A DNA stretch of 35,866 nt from a candidate division FCPU426 bacterium (GCA_963847625.1 CAWKAR010000055.1:1-35866); one strand, 5' to 3'. Counted from the stretch's first letter, positions 1 to 8,250 are shown. The notes: generated from the sequence alone by a model not told the origin. Numbers and translations: made by a program.

Positions 1-177
1 ACCCACCGGCCATATCAGAATAATCACTCTGTCGGAACACAGGGATGGGGTTTGGTACGGCATTGTCCTTGGCTCCCGGCCGAATACGGGTGAATTGCGA
101 AAAAGCCGGTACGGCAAGGAAGAGGATGGACAAATCATGCAAACCAAAAAGTTAAAGCGGTTATTAATTGAGTTCAT
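1..177 (-). CDS. 5' part of a probable exported-protein cassette gene, running off the left edge; apparent 1-nt frameshift near 134
   Basis: GGAGG RBS and ATG at 177 just after array site 1. MNSINNRFNFLVCMI continues as signal-peptide-like LSILFLAVPAFSQ only after a frame change. Confidence 0.5.
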   Translation of the reverse strand, partial: MNSINNRFNFLVCMICPSSSLPYRLFRNSPVFGREPRTMPYQTPSLCSDRVIILIWPVG

Positions 178-197
178 TTCACCTCCTCGTTTTCCCT

Positions 198-225
198 TGT
201 CCATGAAGGGTCCCCGTCGTGGACA
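198..225. repeat. 28-bp cassette boundary site 1 (11-6-11)
   Basis: tgtccatgaag-ggtccc-cgtcgtggaca, 7 bp after the stop codon of 233..919. Confidence 0.9.
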
Positions 226-232
226 GACAAAT

Positions 233-919
233 TCACTTTTTTTGTAATAAATATTTCTTTTTAGTCCAATTAATTCCATCCCAATGAAAAATCCAAGATT
301 CGACAATATCCTCGTTGGTCTTGGCACTTGTGGTTATGTCGTCCAAGATTATGTCGCTTTTTGTTTTTTTGCTAGGGGTCAAAAAATAAGAGCCATAAAG
401 GGTTCTGATTTTTTTCGTTGAAAGATCAATGTCTAAGATCATCAACTTGGGATAGCCTGCGTAACGCCCGTTTCCTGTCACGGCATGTTGCACGTAAAAT
501 CGATAATTGTTTTCATTTATTTTTTCTAAGAAATGATGCCCATCTCCGCCGTTCGTGTTGGAAGTTCCAATGTTATAAATTCGGAATGAAGGTTTCGTAT
601 CGATCAAATAATTTCGACTACAGCCAAAAGGATCACATAAGTAATTTATTTTCAGAAAATAACACCTTTCATCCAACTTCATTATGTCCGGACTTGCTTT
701 AATCGTTTTAGACCCACTTCCCTGATCCCCGTCCACTTCTTTGCAGAATTTTTTGGCTATCTCCTTTATTTTTAAATACGTATTTTTATTTGAAGTATCA
801 GTTGCTATGGCAGGCGGAATTGCAACAGGAGCAAGGGTGGTTACTTTAAAAAAATCCGCATGCCCACTCAGAGAGGTCGAGAAAAACATAAGGAAACAAA
901 TAGTTCCAATTTTTTTCAT
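233..919 (-). CDS. hypothetical exported protein (cassette)
   Basis: 228-aa AT-rich ORF with N-terminal signal peptide and AAGGA RBS, lying between sites 1 and 2. Confidence 0.8.
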   Translation of the reverse strand: MKKIGTICFLMFFSTSLSGHADFFKVTTLAPVAIPPAIATDTSNKNTYLKIKEIAKKFCKEVDGDQGSGSKTIKASPDIMKLDERCYFLKINYLCDPFGCSRNYLIDTKPSFRIYNIGTSNTNGGDGHHFLEKINENNYRFYVQHAVTGNGRYAGYPKLMILDIDLSTKKIRTLYGSYFLTPSKKTKSDIILDDITTSAKTNEDIVESWIFHWDGINWTKKKYLLQKK

Positions 920-947
920 TTTAATCCTTTAAGCCAACTGTCCATAT

Positions 948-975
948 TGTCCACGCTGGGTCCCCATCGTGGACA
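948..975. repeat. 28-bp cassette boundary site 2
   Basis: tgtccacgctg-ggtccc-catcgtggaca, 7 bp after the stop codon of the DinB gene. Confidence 0.9.
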
Positions 976-982
976 GCCCCGC

Positions 983-1441
983 CTAGCAATTCCGTTTGTA
1001 TTTCAAGTTCAACATCGTTTGAAGGGAACCGCGATGGTGAATTTCATGGTCCAAACCACCACGAACCAGAATAAGCCATTTACTAACTTTCCCCATTTTT
1101 TCCCAATCATCGACTTCTTGGATCAGTTCGTCATCCGACATTTTCCTAAGGAATTCGGATTTCTTCCGCCCCAAATTCTCGAATTCTAAAAGGTAGTGGT
1201 CCCAATCTTCAGGTTTTGCATCGCCCGGATGGATAACAGCTCTCGGAATGTTCTTTTGGTTACTGAGAATGGCCATATTCCATTTATCGGCGTCAATCAA
1301 ATGCTTCAAAAGGTCCACAAAACTCAATTGGTTGGGAGCGGGACTCCAACCCCGGTCTTCCGGGGCTACTTTTTTGAATCTTTTTAAACTTGATTCCCGG
1401 ACCAATTCCGAGAATTGAGCAAGTCTTTCACCCTCGGTCAT
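983..1441 (-). CDS. DinB/YfiT superfamily protein (cassette)
   Basis: SFVDLLKHL and DHEIHHRGSL motifs. GGGAGG RBS places the start at ATG 1441; the longer predicted start lies inside site 3. Confidence 0.85.
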   Translation of the reverse strand: MTEGERLAQFSELVRESSLKRFKKVAPEDRGWSPAPNQLSFVDLLKHLIDADKWNMAILSNQKNIPRAVIHPGDAKPEDWDHYLLEFENLGRKKSEFLRKMSDDELIQEVDDWEKMGKVSKWLILVRGGLDHEIHHRGSLQTMLNLKYKRNC

Positions 1442-1460
1442 TTTAAATGCCTCCCTGCAT

Positions 1461-1488
1461 TGTCCACGACGGGTTCCCTTCGTGGACA
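1461..1488. repeat. 28-bp cassette boundary site 3
   Basis: tgtccacgacg-ggttcc-cttcgtggaca, 5 bp after the stop codon of the antitoxin. Confidence 0.9.
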
Positions 1489-1493
1489 ATGAA

Positions 1494-1793
1494 CTAGCGT
1501 ATTTCTGAGATTAGTTCCGGATGGGATTTAAGAATTCGAATTAACTTTGAGGCGGAACCGCTGGGCCGTCGGATTCCCTGTTCCCAATGTTCAACAGCAT
1601 TAGGACTTGCACCCACAACACCCGCAAAACCGACCTGGGTCAGATGCAAAGCCTTGCGGATACCCTTCACTTCCTGGGCAGTGGCGGGTTTTTGCCGGTA
1701 GCTTTCCCGCATCCCGTGGAGTTTCTTGCCTTTTTTGATCTCAATAGCCTGCTTGAGGCTCTCACGCATTAGTTGAAAATCTTTGTCATTCAT
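1494..1793 (-). CDS. HigA-like XRE HTH antitoxin
   Basis: IRKALHLTQVGFA...WEQGIRRPSG; overlaps the toxin stop codon by 4 nt. Confidence 0.85.
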   Translation of the reverse strand: MNDKDFQLMRESLKQAIEIKKGKKLHGMRESYRQKPATAQEVKGIRKALHLTQVGFAGVVGASPNAVEHWEQGIRRPSGSASKLIRILKSHPELISEIR

Positions 1794-2143
1794 TTCGATT
1801 TACCCCCTTTTTTCCCCTTGGCCAAGGCCTGACGTAAATCCTTGACGAGGATTTTTTCCTGCTCAGTCGTAAGATCAGGAGCCTTTCGTTTATCAATTAT
1901 AAAAAAGAGGTAAATGTCGTCGGGCTTATCGTAAAAGTACCATACCCGATAACCACCACTTTTCCCTTCCGGCCTTACGGTTGAGGCAATACGCAACTTA
2001 TGAATCCCGCCGCCTAAATGCACACCGCCATTGGGGTTATTGTTTATGGCTTCTTCAATGGCTACTTGCAAACCCTCCTCGCGAATGGCGTCTATTAATC
2101 TTGAGTAGATAGGTGACTGAATGAAATGTAACTGTTCCATCAC
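1790..2143 (-). CDS. RelE/HigB-family toxin
   Basis: GGIHKLRIA...GKSGGYRVWYF motif, toxin-first order. Confidence 0.85.
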   Translation of the reverse strand: MMEQLHFIQSPIYSRLIDAIREEGLQVAIEEAINNNPNGGVHLGGGIHKLRIASTVRPEGKSGGYRVWYFYDKPDDIYLFFIIDKRKAPDLTTEQEKILVKDLRQALAKGKKGGKSK

Positions 2144-2165
2144 CCGTCCTTTCTGTTACTCCTAC

Positions 2166-2193
2166 ATTGTAGGACTTCCCAGGAGATAGTCAA
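2166..2193 (-). promoter_or_regulatory. sigma70-like promoter of the TA cassette with palindromic operator
   Basis: TTGACT-N16-TACAAT on the minus strand; palindrome CCTACAATGTAGG overlaps the -10. Confidence 0.65.
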
Positions 2194-2223
2194 GATCCCT
2201 CCGAAAACTACCGTAAGAGGGTG

Positions 2224-3015
2224 GTCGGGTAGACCTGGACAGTTGCCCACCCAGGCCCCCCACAGATCCGGACATGCGTAATTGACGCATCCGGCTCCTC
2301 AAGCTACGGATTCGCTGTCGGGTGGTCGATCGTTTCAAAGCCCGATCTCCCTCCCGCACCTGCGCCTACCTTCGCTATCCGTTGGTCTTTCGTTAAGAGG
2401 AAACCCGGGGCTCAGTGTCCCCGTCCTCTTTCACCCCAGCGGTTCCGTGTCCTGTCCTCCCCTTCGCTCCACAGGGTCCTTTCAGGTCAGTTCCCCTGCT
2501 TCTTCGCTACTGTGGGATTCTCCGAGTTCTTGATGTCCTTTTCTTTCGAAGGTTTATTGTGTTCACCTTCCGGGATACCGCTACGACGTTTCCTTTTCGC
2601 TCCAGAAGAGGCGAAACGTTGCCTTCCTCTGACCGGGGTTATTCGGGTTACGGCTTCCCCAACCGTGTTTATTTTGCGGGAACATCAAGACTTCCCAAGT
2701 TCCTGGGGAACCCCCATGTGCACATGCCCTGCTCTACGACCGCGGTGGACTTGAGGACCCGGCCTTACTTCGGTCTCTCAGGTTTTGCCTTCCGTTCGTG
2801 GAACGACGTCGGCTTCCACAATTCCCTTTTCGAGGCTCAATCACACGGCCTGCGCACTCCCTGTTTACGCTTTGCGGCAACAGTTACCCGTTGGCTCGCA
2901 CAAAACTCGGTTCCGACTGCTGGCCAGCTTTGTCGGACAGGATTGTTTACCTGCTGGGTTCCTCTACAAAGTTTCAGTTATTACACTTCCTCCTTGTCCA
3001 AGCTTCTTGGCGCAC
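2224..3015 (-). mobile_element. group II intron lacking its RT ORF (792 nt), inserted into array site 4
   Basis: 5' GTGCG; domain V GAGCCGGATGCG...CGCATGTCCGGATC; domain VI ending CCCGAC; RT N-terminal remnant TKDQRIAK. Excision restores an intact 28-bp site. Confidence 0.9.
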
Positions 3016-3041
3016 TCCACGAGGGGTCCCCATCGTGGACA
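3016..3041. repeat. 28-bp cassette boundary site 4 (first 2 bp displaced to 2222-2223 by the intron)
   Basis: tg|tccacgagg-ggtccc-catcgtggaca. Confidence 0.9.
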
Positions 3042-3091
3042 ATTTCTTATCGACCGAGCTCGCGAGCTCGTCCGGGACACACCGCAGGGCA

Positions 3092-4408
3092 CTACTTCAT
3101 CATTTTACTCAAGCGCTGAAGGTCAATCGGACGCGAGCGAACAAGAAGAAGAACGCCTTCTTCGGTAAAGCTCTCCCTCAAGATTTTCATTCTCGAACGC
3201 ATTTCTTTGATGGCGCCTTGGGCTTTATAGGGGACGAGAATCTCCTTTTCAATCATGTCTTTCTCGAAAAAATGAATAATGCGTTCACTAACGCTCTGCA
3301 TGTCCTCAGGGCTACGAGTCGAGGTTAAAACCGCGTCCGGATACTCCCGCCTGAGATCCTGCTTCTGCTCTTCGCTCAAGCAGTCGGCCTTATTGAGGAG
3401 AAGAAGATATGGCGTTTTGTCGGCGCCAATCTCACCTAAGACTTCCCGAACTACCGCGAGCTGGGAACGAAAGTTGCGGTCAACGGCATCCACCACGTAA
3501 AGAAGCAGGGTTGCGCCGCGGGCCTCATCCAGCGTGGAGCGGAAGGACGCCACCAGATCGTGTGGAAGCTTGTGGATAAAACCCACCGTATCGGTGATCA
3601 GGATTCTCGGCTGGGTCTCTGGTTGTAGGGCGCGTATCGTCGTATCCAGGGTCGCGAAGAGCTTGTCCTCCACCAGGACGTCGCTGCCGGTCAGCGCCCG
3701 CATGAGGGATGATTTTCCGGCATTCGTGTAGCCCACGAGCGCGGCGCCGAGCAGTTCCGCGCGTTTCATCCGGCGTTGCTCTTCTTCTTTTTGAACCGCT
3801 TGTAACTCGTGCCTCAGCTCAGCCAGGCGGTCGCGGACTTTGCGTTTTTCGGTCTCTATGATGGTTTCCCCGGATCCTCGTCCCGACTGGCGTTCCTTTC
3901 CTACTCCCGTATCCCTGAGACGGGGAGCCTGATAGGTTTGGCGCGCGATATCGACCTGGAGCCGCGCGGCCCGGGTCTTCGCGTGCCGGTTGAAAATTTC
4001 GATAATCACCCCGGTCCGATCGAACACCGGAACCCCCAAAGCCTCTTCGACGTTGCGAATCTGGGACGGGCTCAAATCGCAGTCAAAAACCACCATCTCG
4101 GGTCCTTCGGGAGTCGAGGCTGTGACTGGCGACTGTTGTGGCGTTTCGGAGTTCCCCTTGACCCTATCCCGGTAGCCCTTTCCGCGGGTGAGGTGGGCGA
4201 GCTCCATCAGTTTTCCCTCACCGACCATAGTGACCCCTGATGTGTTGGGTTGCCGCTGGGACATAGTGCCGGTCACCTCGTATCCCAGGGTCGTCACCAG
4301 CCGTTCGAGCTCGATCAACGATTCCGTCGCTTCGTTATCAGTCACCTTGGGCGTTCTGACCGAAAACAGGAGTGCTTTCGGATGTGTGTTTGTCTGCGGG
4401 GATTCCAT
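3092..4408 (-). CDS. hflX: GTPase HflX (ribosome-splitting factor)
   Basis: GYTNAGKSS, DKLFATLDTT, DTVGFI, NKAD motifs plus N-terminal HflX domain. Confidence 0.95.
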   Translation of the reverse strand: MESPQTNTHPKALLFSVRTPKVTDNEATESLIELERLVTTLGYEVTGTMSQRQPNTSGVTMVGEGKLMELAHLTRGKGYRDRVKGNSETPQQSPVTASTPEGPEMVVFDCDLSPSQIRNVEEALGVPVFDRTGVIIEIFNRHAKTRAARLQVDIARQTYQAPRLRDTGVGKERQSGRGSGETIIETEKRKVRDRLAELRHELQAVQKEEEQRRMKRAELLGAALVGYTNAGKSSLMRALTGSDVLVEDKLFATLDTTIRALQPETQPRILITDTVGFIHKLPHDLVASFRSTLDEARGATLLLYVVDAVDRNFRSQLAVVREVLGEIGADKTPYLLLLNKADCLSEEQKQDLRREYPDAVLTSTRSPEDMQSVSERIIHFFEKDMIEKEILVPYKAQGAIKEMRSRMKILRESFTEEGVLLLVRSRPIDLQRLSKMMK

Positions 4409-4577
4409 TTCCAGCCTCGATTGAATTCTATTAACTTTTTTATCTACTCGGTTTACATCAGCAAAGATAGCATGTATGGGCCAGCAACCTACGTAGTAGC
4501 TTTGATCAATAGTAGCTGATCAAAATAACGCGGGTTGCTCCTGGTAAGGAGCCTATCCGCATACGGAGGGCTGACCC

Positions 4578-5684
4578 ATGGGAAATAATAGCACGGTGGT
4601 AGGGCTGGATGTTCATAAGGAAACGATCACGATTGCAGTTTTAAGGCCCGACAAGGATCGTCCTGATCCCTCGGTTACGGTTGAAAATCAGCCATCAATC
4701 ATTGAAAAGAAAGTACGGGAACTTAATCGCCGCCATGCCCCACTGGAATTCGTTTATGAGGCTGGGCCTGGGGGATTTGCTTTGTATAGGCAGATTACCC
4801 AATTGGGACACCCTTGTGCGGTGATTGCGCCCGCATGGATGCCGATGAAACCTGGGGACCGAGTCAAGACGGACCGAAAGGACGCAGAAAAGCTGTCTTG
4901 GTATTGGCGCATGAGGGATTTGAAAGAAGTCCGGGTACCCACGCCCGAAGAAGAATCCGTGAGGGATTTGCTGCGTGTCCGGGAAGATGTTCTCGCAAAC
5001 CAGTTGAGAGCCCGTCATCGGTTATTGAAATTCCTGCTTAGGCAAGGCCGGATTTATCGGGGTGGCAAACACTGGACCCAAGCCCATAGGGAATGGTTGA
5101 GACACCAGAAGTTTGAGCTGCCAAATCTCGTAAAGACCTATGAAGCGAATTACCGAATTTTGGCTGAGATTGACGTGCACTTGGCTGATTTGAATTGTGA
5201 AGTTGAATTGCTGGCACAAGACGAGAAATATCGAATTGCTGTCAGCTATTTGAAATGCCTGAAAGGCGTTAACACACTCACGGCCATGACTTTATTAGCA
5301 GAAAGCGGAGATTTCAGGCGGTTTAAAAACGCCCGCAGTTATATGCGATATACGGGAATGGTCAGTTGGGAAGACAGCACCGGAAGCCATGTTTACCGGG
5401 GCGGGATTGTCAAATCCGGAAATGCCCATTTGAGGCGAGTGCTAGTCCAAGGGGCATGGACCTATCAGCTACGAAGCCTTGGGAGTCCAACACTCGCTAA
5501 ACGGAGAAAAGGTTGTCCCCCGGAAGTTATACATTTAGCACGAAAAGCTGATGAACGTTTGCATTTGAAGTTTCGGCGGATGGTAAGCCGAAACAAACGT
5601 TCCCAGGTGGCGGTAGTGGCCATCGCACGGGAATTGGCTGGCTTTATCTGGGCGATTGGACAGATGATCCCATCCGATCAGTAA
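4578..5684 (+). CDS. IS110-family DEDD recombinase/transposase
   Basis: GLDVHK, YEAGPGG, KTDRKDA, GNAHLRRVL, AIARELA motifs. Confidence 0.95.
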   Translation: MGNNSTVVGLDVHKETITIAVLRPDKDRPDPSVTVENQPSIIEKKVRELNRRHAPLEFVYEAGPGGFALYRQITQLGHPCAVIAPAWMPMKPGDRVKTDRKDAEKLSWYWRMRDLKEVRVPTPEEESVRDLLRVREDVLANQLRARHRLLKFLLRQGRIYRGGKHWTQAHREWLRHQKFELPNLVKTYEANYRILAEIDVHLADLNCEVELLAQDEKYRIAVSYLKCLKGVNTLTAMTLLAESGDFRRFKNARSYMRYTGMVSWEDSTGSHVYRGGIVKSGNAHLRRVLVQGAWTYQLRSLGSPTLAKRRKGCPPEVIHLARKADERLHLKFRRMVSRNKRSQVAVVAIARELAGFIWAIGQMIPSDQ

Positions 5685-5956
5685 TAGATCCGATGAGAAG
5701 AAAAAGAAGGACGAGCTCTGATTTCAGGAGCGTGGCGCGGCACGGAGAACCCTCGACGACCCCTTGTGCAATGAAGTCTTATTTCATGACGCACGGACAA
5801 AGATCGAGGCAGCTCCCGACGACAGGTCATCATGCGTCCCTGCCCTTTGGGGTAATACGCGAATATCAGTTTGATCAACCGTCGGAAATGGCTACGCTCT
5901 TGGAATCAGGGCTCTGTCGTGCTGGTCCGTGAAAAGACCAACACCCTAGAATCTGA
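5685..5956 (+). ncRNA. candidate bridge/seek RNA region
   Basis: About 270-nt non-coding segment between the transposase and the right IR. It contains ATATCAG (5863-5869), matching the element-end core. The RNA itself is inferred from family knowledge. Confidence 0.55.
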
Positions 5957-6009
5957 AGGTTGACTGGCCCATACATATCAGGGGTTAGGCCACCCTAATC
6001 CATTTTCCT

Positions 6010-6036
6010 TGTCCAATCCAGTTCCCGTAGTAGACA
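6010..6036. repeat. degenerate 27-bp head site of the array (attI analogue?)
   Basis: tgtccaatcc-agttcc-cgtagtagaca; right arm 9/11 identical to site 1. AAGGAG RBS at 6044-6049 (minus) precedes a TTG at the site edge. Confidence 0.65.
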
Positions 6037-6100
6037 AAACTTTCTCCTTAAATCTACACGATTTTACCCCATTTTGAAGGATATGGGGTGAGCGTTCCAC

Positions 6101-6324
6101 CTGCGTTGAGGCCTATTATCCGCCCTCACCCACCAGGTGAGGGGCGTTAGTTGATAATGCCAACCCATAAAAAGTTGGTACAAACCGAGACGCACGGTTA
6201 GGGTGTGCCGATTTATTAAGGGAATCGGCCATGCCCCTGGGGGGGCCGGGGGATCGCCTTCCTGCGTCGAGACCACAAGTCGAAACGCATGACTTGGGTG
6301 TGCTGGTTCAATAAAGGAACCAGC
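6101..6324 (+). repeat. hairpin repeat cluster (module D with module B nested, then a second D)
   Basis: Close similarity to 22008-22271. Confidence 0.8.
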
Positions 6325-6390
6325 CGCCCGGGCCAGGGTGGGTACAGGGCAGGGGTCCTCCCCTCCCTGCGGCACATGATCAGGTTCTTT

Positions 6391-6579
6391 TCAGGGTGAA
6401 TCTGAAAATGCTTTAACTGCTTTCAAATAGTTGCCCATAACAGCCTGAAAGTAAGGGGAGCAGGAAATTTTCCCGCAAGCGGCCAAGGGTTCCTCATTAG
6501 GATTTTCAATTTTGAATTCCCTTAAACGATCTTCCGAAACTTCAAGCTCTTCCCCGCAAATCCAGCAATTCATTTTCAT
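6391..6579 (-). CDS. small Cys-rich (Zn-finger-like) hypothetical protein
   Basis: CWIC...CGKISC; RBS; abuts the upstream ORF. Confidence 0.65.
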   Translation of the reverse strand: MKMNCWICGEELEVSEDRLREFKIENPNEEPLAACGKISCSPYFQAVMGNYLKAVKAFSDSP

Positions 6580-6580
6580 T

Positions 6581-6748
6581 TCACACCCCTTTGCCTTTAA
6601 GATTTAAGGGGAAAAATTGAAAGATTTTGTTATAGCGGTTCCACTTAGCCAGTTCCTCAAGAAATTCTTCCTCGGAGTAACAGTTCATCCGATGAATTTT
6701 CGATTTACCGGTCAATAAAGTGATGGCCTTGTAGGTGAATCTTTTCAT
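6581..6748 (-). CDS. small hypothetical protein
   Basis: GGAGG RBS before ATG 6748; operonic spacing. Confidence 0.6.
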   Translation of the reverse strand: MKRFTYKAITLLTGKSKIHRMNCYSEEEFLEELAKWNRYNKIFQFFPLNLKGKGV

Positions 6749-6762
6749 ATGTCCTCCACTGG

Positions 6763-7011
6763 TTAACATGCCGTTCTCTCCTTTAAAAAATTACTTTTGG
6801 CGTCAAAAACCTCCCGGATGTGCGGGGCGTTTTTCTCGGCCTCGTCGTATTGGGTTATTAAGACTTCCTGGCCGTCGATCACCTGGGTTTCCCCTTCCGT
6901 GCTTCCCTCGATGTCGTGGTCAATAACCTTGAAATCAACCCCCCCGAAATCAGAAATCACGTTTTGAACCAGTCCACCTTCAAGGTGGATAACAATTTTC
7001 GGTATTTTCAT
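6763..7011 (-). CDS. hypothetical protein, paralogous to the C-terminal half of 13275..13742
   Basis: KIVIHLEGGLVQ...DHDIEG versus KLVVVIEGGNVQ...DYDCEG. Confidence 0.75.
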   Translation of the reverse strand: MKIPKIVIHLEGGLVQNVISDFGGVDFKVIDHDIEGSTEGETQVIDGQEVLITQYDEAEKNAPHIREVFDAKSNFLKERTAC

Positions 7012-7022
7012 TTCTTACCCCC

Positions 7023-7125
7023 CTGCGTCGAGGCCACAAGCCGCGACGCACGATTCGTTGGTCTTTATCGCCCTTGGGCTGAAAGCCCAACGGGTGGATA
7101 TGCCGGTTCCATAAGGGAACCGGCA
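7023..7125 (+). repeat. module D hairpin repeat with internal insert
   Basis: ctgcgtcgaggccacaagccgcgacgca...tgccggttccataagggaaccggca. Confidence 0.75.
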
Positions 7126-7128
7126 CTA

Positions 7129-7425
7129 TTAAATTTCGTATTTTTCCGCAAAGTTTGAAAGGGATTCTGCGGCGGCGGCGCATACGTCTAAAGCCCGTGC
7201 GGTGGGTAATCCGACAAGCATTTCCCCCCCTGCGTCAAAATCCAGTTTCGTGAAAACCGTTTCGGCCTGGTCGGTTAAGTAGTTTGTTAATGCCCCTGCC
7301 ACCTCCCCAAGGCCGTGCTTTTTTAAGAGGTACGCCAAAACGTCGTATACCTCATAAGCTTCAAGGGCAAATCCTTTAAACTCCTTCTCGGTTTCCTTCT
7401 CCGGTCCCAACAATACAACTTTCAT
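7129..7425 (-). CDS. hypothetical acidic protein
   Basis: 98 aa, AGGAGG RBS. Confidence 0.7.
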   Translation of the reverse strand: MKVVLLGPEKETEKEFKGFALEAYEVYDVLAYLLKKHGLGEVAGALTNYLTDQAETVFTKLDFDAGGEMLVGLPTARALDVCAAAAESLSNFAEKYEI

Positions 7426-7461
7426 AAAGCCTCCTTTTTTTTTGCCCTTACGGGCGTTTAA

Positions 7462-7734
7462 TTAACTTTCCTGATGGATAAAATCCAATTGGCCCATAAA
7501 TTCATGGGGTTCGTTGGTTTCTTTGTAAAATTGGTAATCGGCTTCAAAAACATCCTCACAGATCAAGCAAAAGCCCGTTTCCGGGTCGAGCGGAAATATT
7601 TTTTCCCCGCATGACATACAAAACCCATTACAAGCGGGGCAAGGCTTCGCTTCTTTTTCCTCGTCCCATCCGTGGTTACATTTCCAGGGAGAAAAGGGAA
7701 GGTGGATTTCAACTTTTTTAATTTCCGGGTTCAT
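7462..7734 (-). CDS. acidic Cys-rich hypothetical protein
   Basis: CPAC, CMSC and CLIC motifs. Confidence 0.65.
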   Translation of the reverse strand: MNPEIKKVEIHLPFSPWKCNHGWDEEKEAKPCPACNGFCMSCGEKIFPLDPETGFCLICEDVFEADYQFYKETNEPHEFMGQLDFIHQES

Positions 7735-7744
7735 GATTTCCCCC

Positions 7745-8230
7745 TTAAGCCAAAAGGCCGGTTTGGCGGAAAGAAAAATGGCCTTCGTGGGTTACGATTA
7801 CGTGATCGTGCACGGTCAAACCAAGCGCACGGGCGGCGGTTGAAACCTGGCGGGTCAATTGCTGGTCCCCTTCGGACGGTTCGAGGCTTCCGGCTGGATG
7901 GTTATGGGCCAAAATCAAGCCAGTGGCGTTAAGCATCAAAGCTTTTTTCAGGATTTCGCGGGGATAGCAAGCCGTATGGTCCACCGTTCCGCCCTGGGCT
8001 TCGCATTCAAGGACGTGGTTTCTGTGGTCGAGGTACATGGTCAAGAAAGCTTCTTTATCCATGCCTCCGATGTATTTCTTGAAATATCCAATGGCGTCTT
8101 CCGGGCCTGCGACAACCGGACCCCTTTTATAATCCGCCCTTGCCTCCGCCCATGAAATCGGCGGAACCGTCGGCGGGATTTGGAACATCGTTTCCAGATT
8201 CATTTCTAACTGCTTTGCCCTTTTCTTCAT
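7745..8230 (-). CDS. radC: RadC-like JAB/MPN domain protein
   Basis: YPREILKKAL, AHNHPAGSLEPSEGD, HDHVIV. True start is probably ATG 8230, after a GGGGAG RBS. Confidence 0.9.
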   Translation of the reverse strand: MKKRAKQLEMNLETMFQIPPTVPPISWAEARADYKRGPVVAGPEDAIGYFKKYIGGMDKEAFLTMYLDHRNHVLECEAQGGTVDHTACYPREILKKALMLNATGLILAHNHPAGSLEPSEGDQQLTRQVSTAARALGLTVHDHVIVTHEGHFSFRQTGLLA

Positions 8231-8250
8231 GTGACCTACTCCCTTTGATT

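Larger units (their letters stand above)
4457..5981 (+). mobile_element. IS110/IS1111-family insertion sequence
   Basis: Sub-terminal inverted repeats 4472-4490 and 5957-5976; ATCAG at both boundaries; long 3' non-coding end. Confidence 0.8.

Noticed and set aside
198..1488. 28-bp sites as simple intrinsic terminators
   Set aside because: No U tract. Sequence, length and the asymmetric core are conserved after unrelated genes.
198..3041. CRISPR array or classical attC sites
   Set aside because: The repeats are separated by whole genes, no cas genes are present, there are no RYYYAAC/GTTRRRY boxes, and the sites are far shorter than attC.
2162..3328. ORFs overlapping the intron (e.g. 2415..3119); retron or DGR
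   Set aside because: These are antisense or shadow frames of intron RNA. No RT motifs (YADD) and no TR/VR pair were seen.
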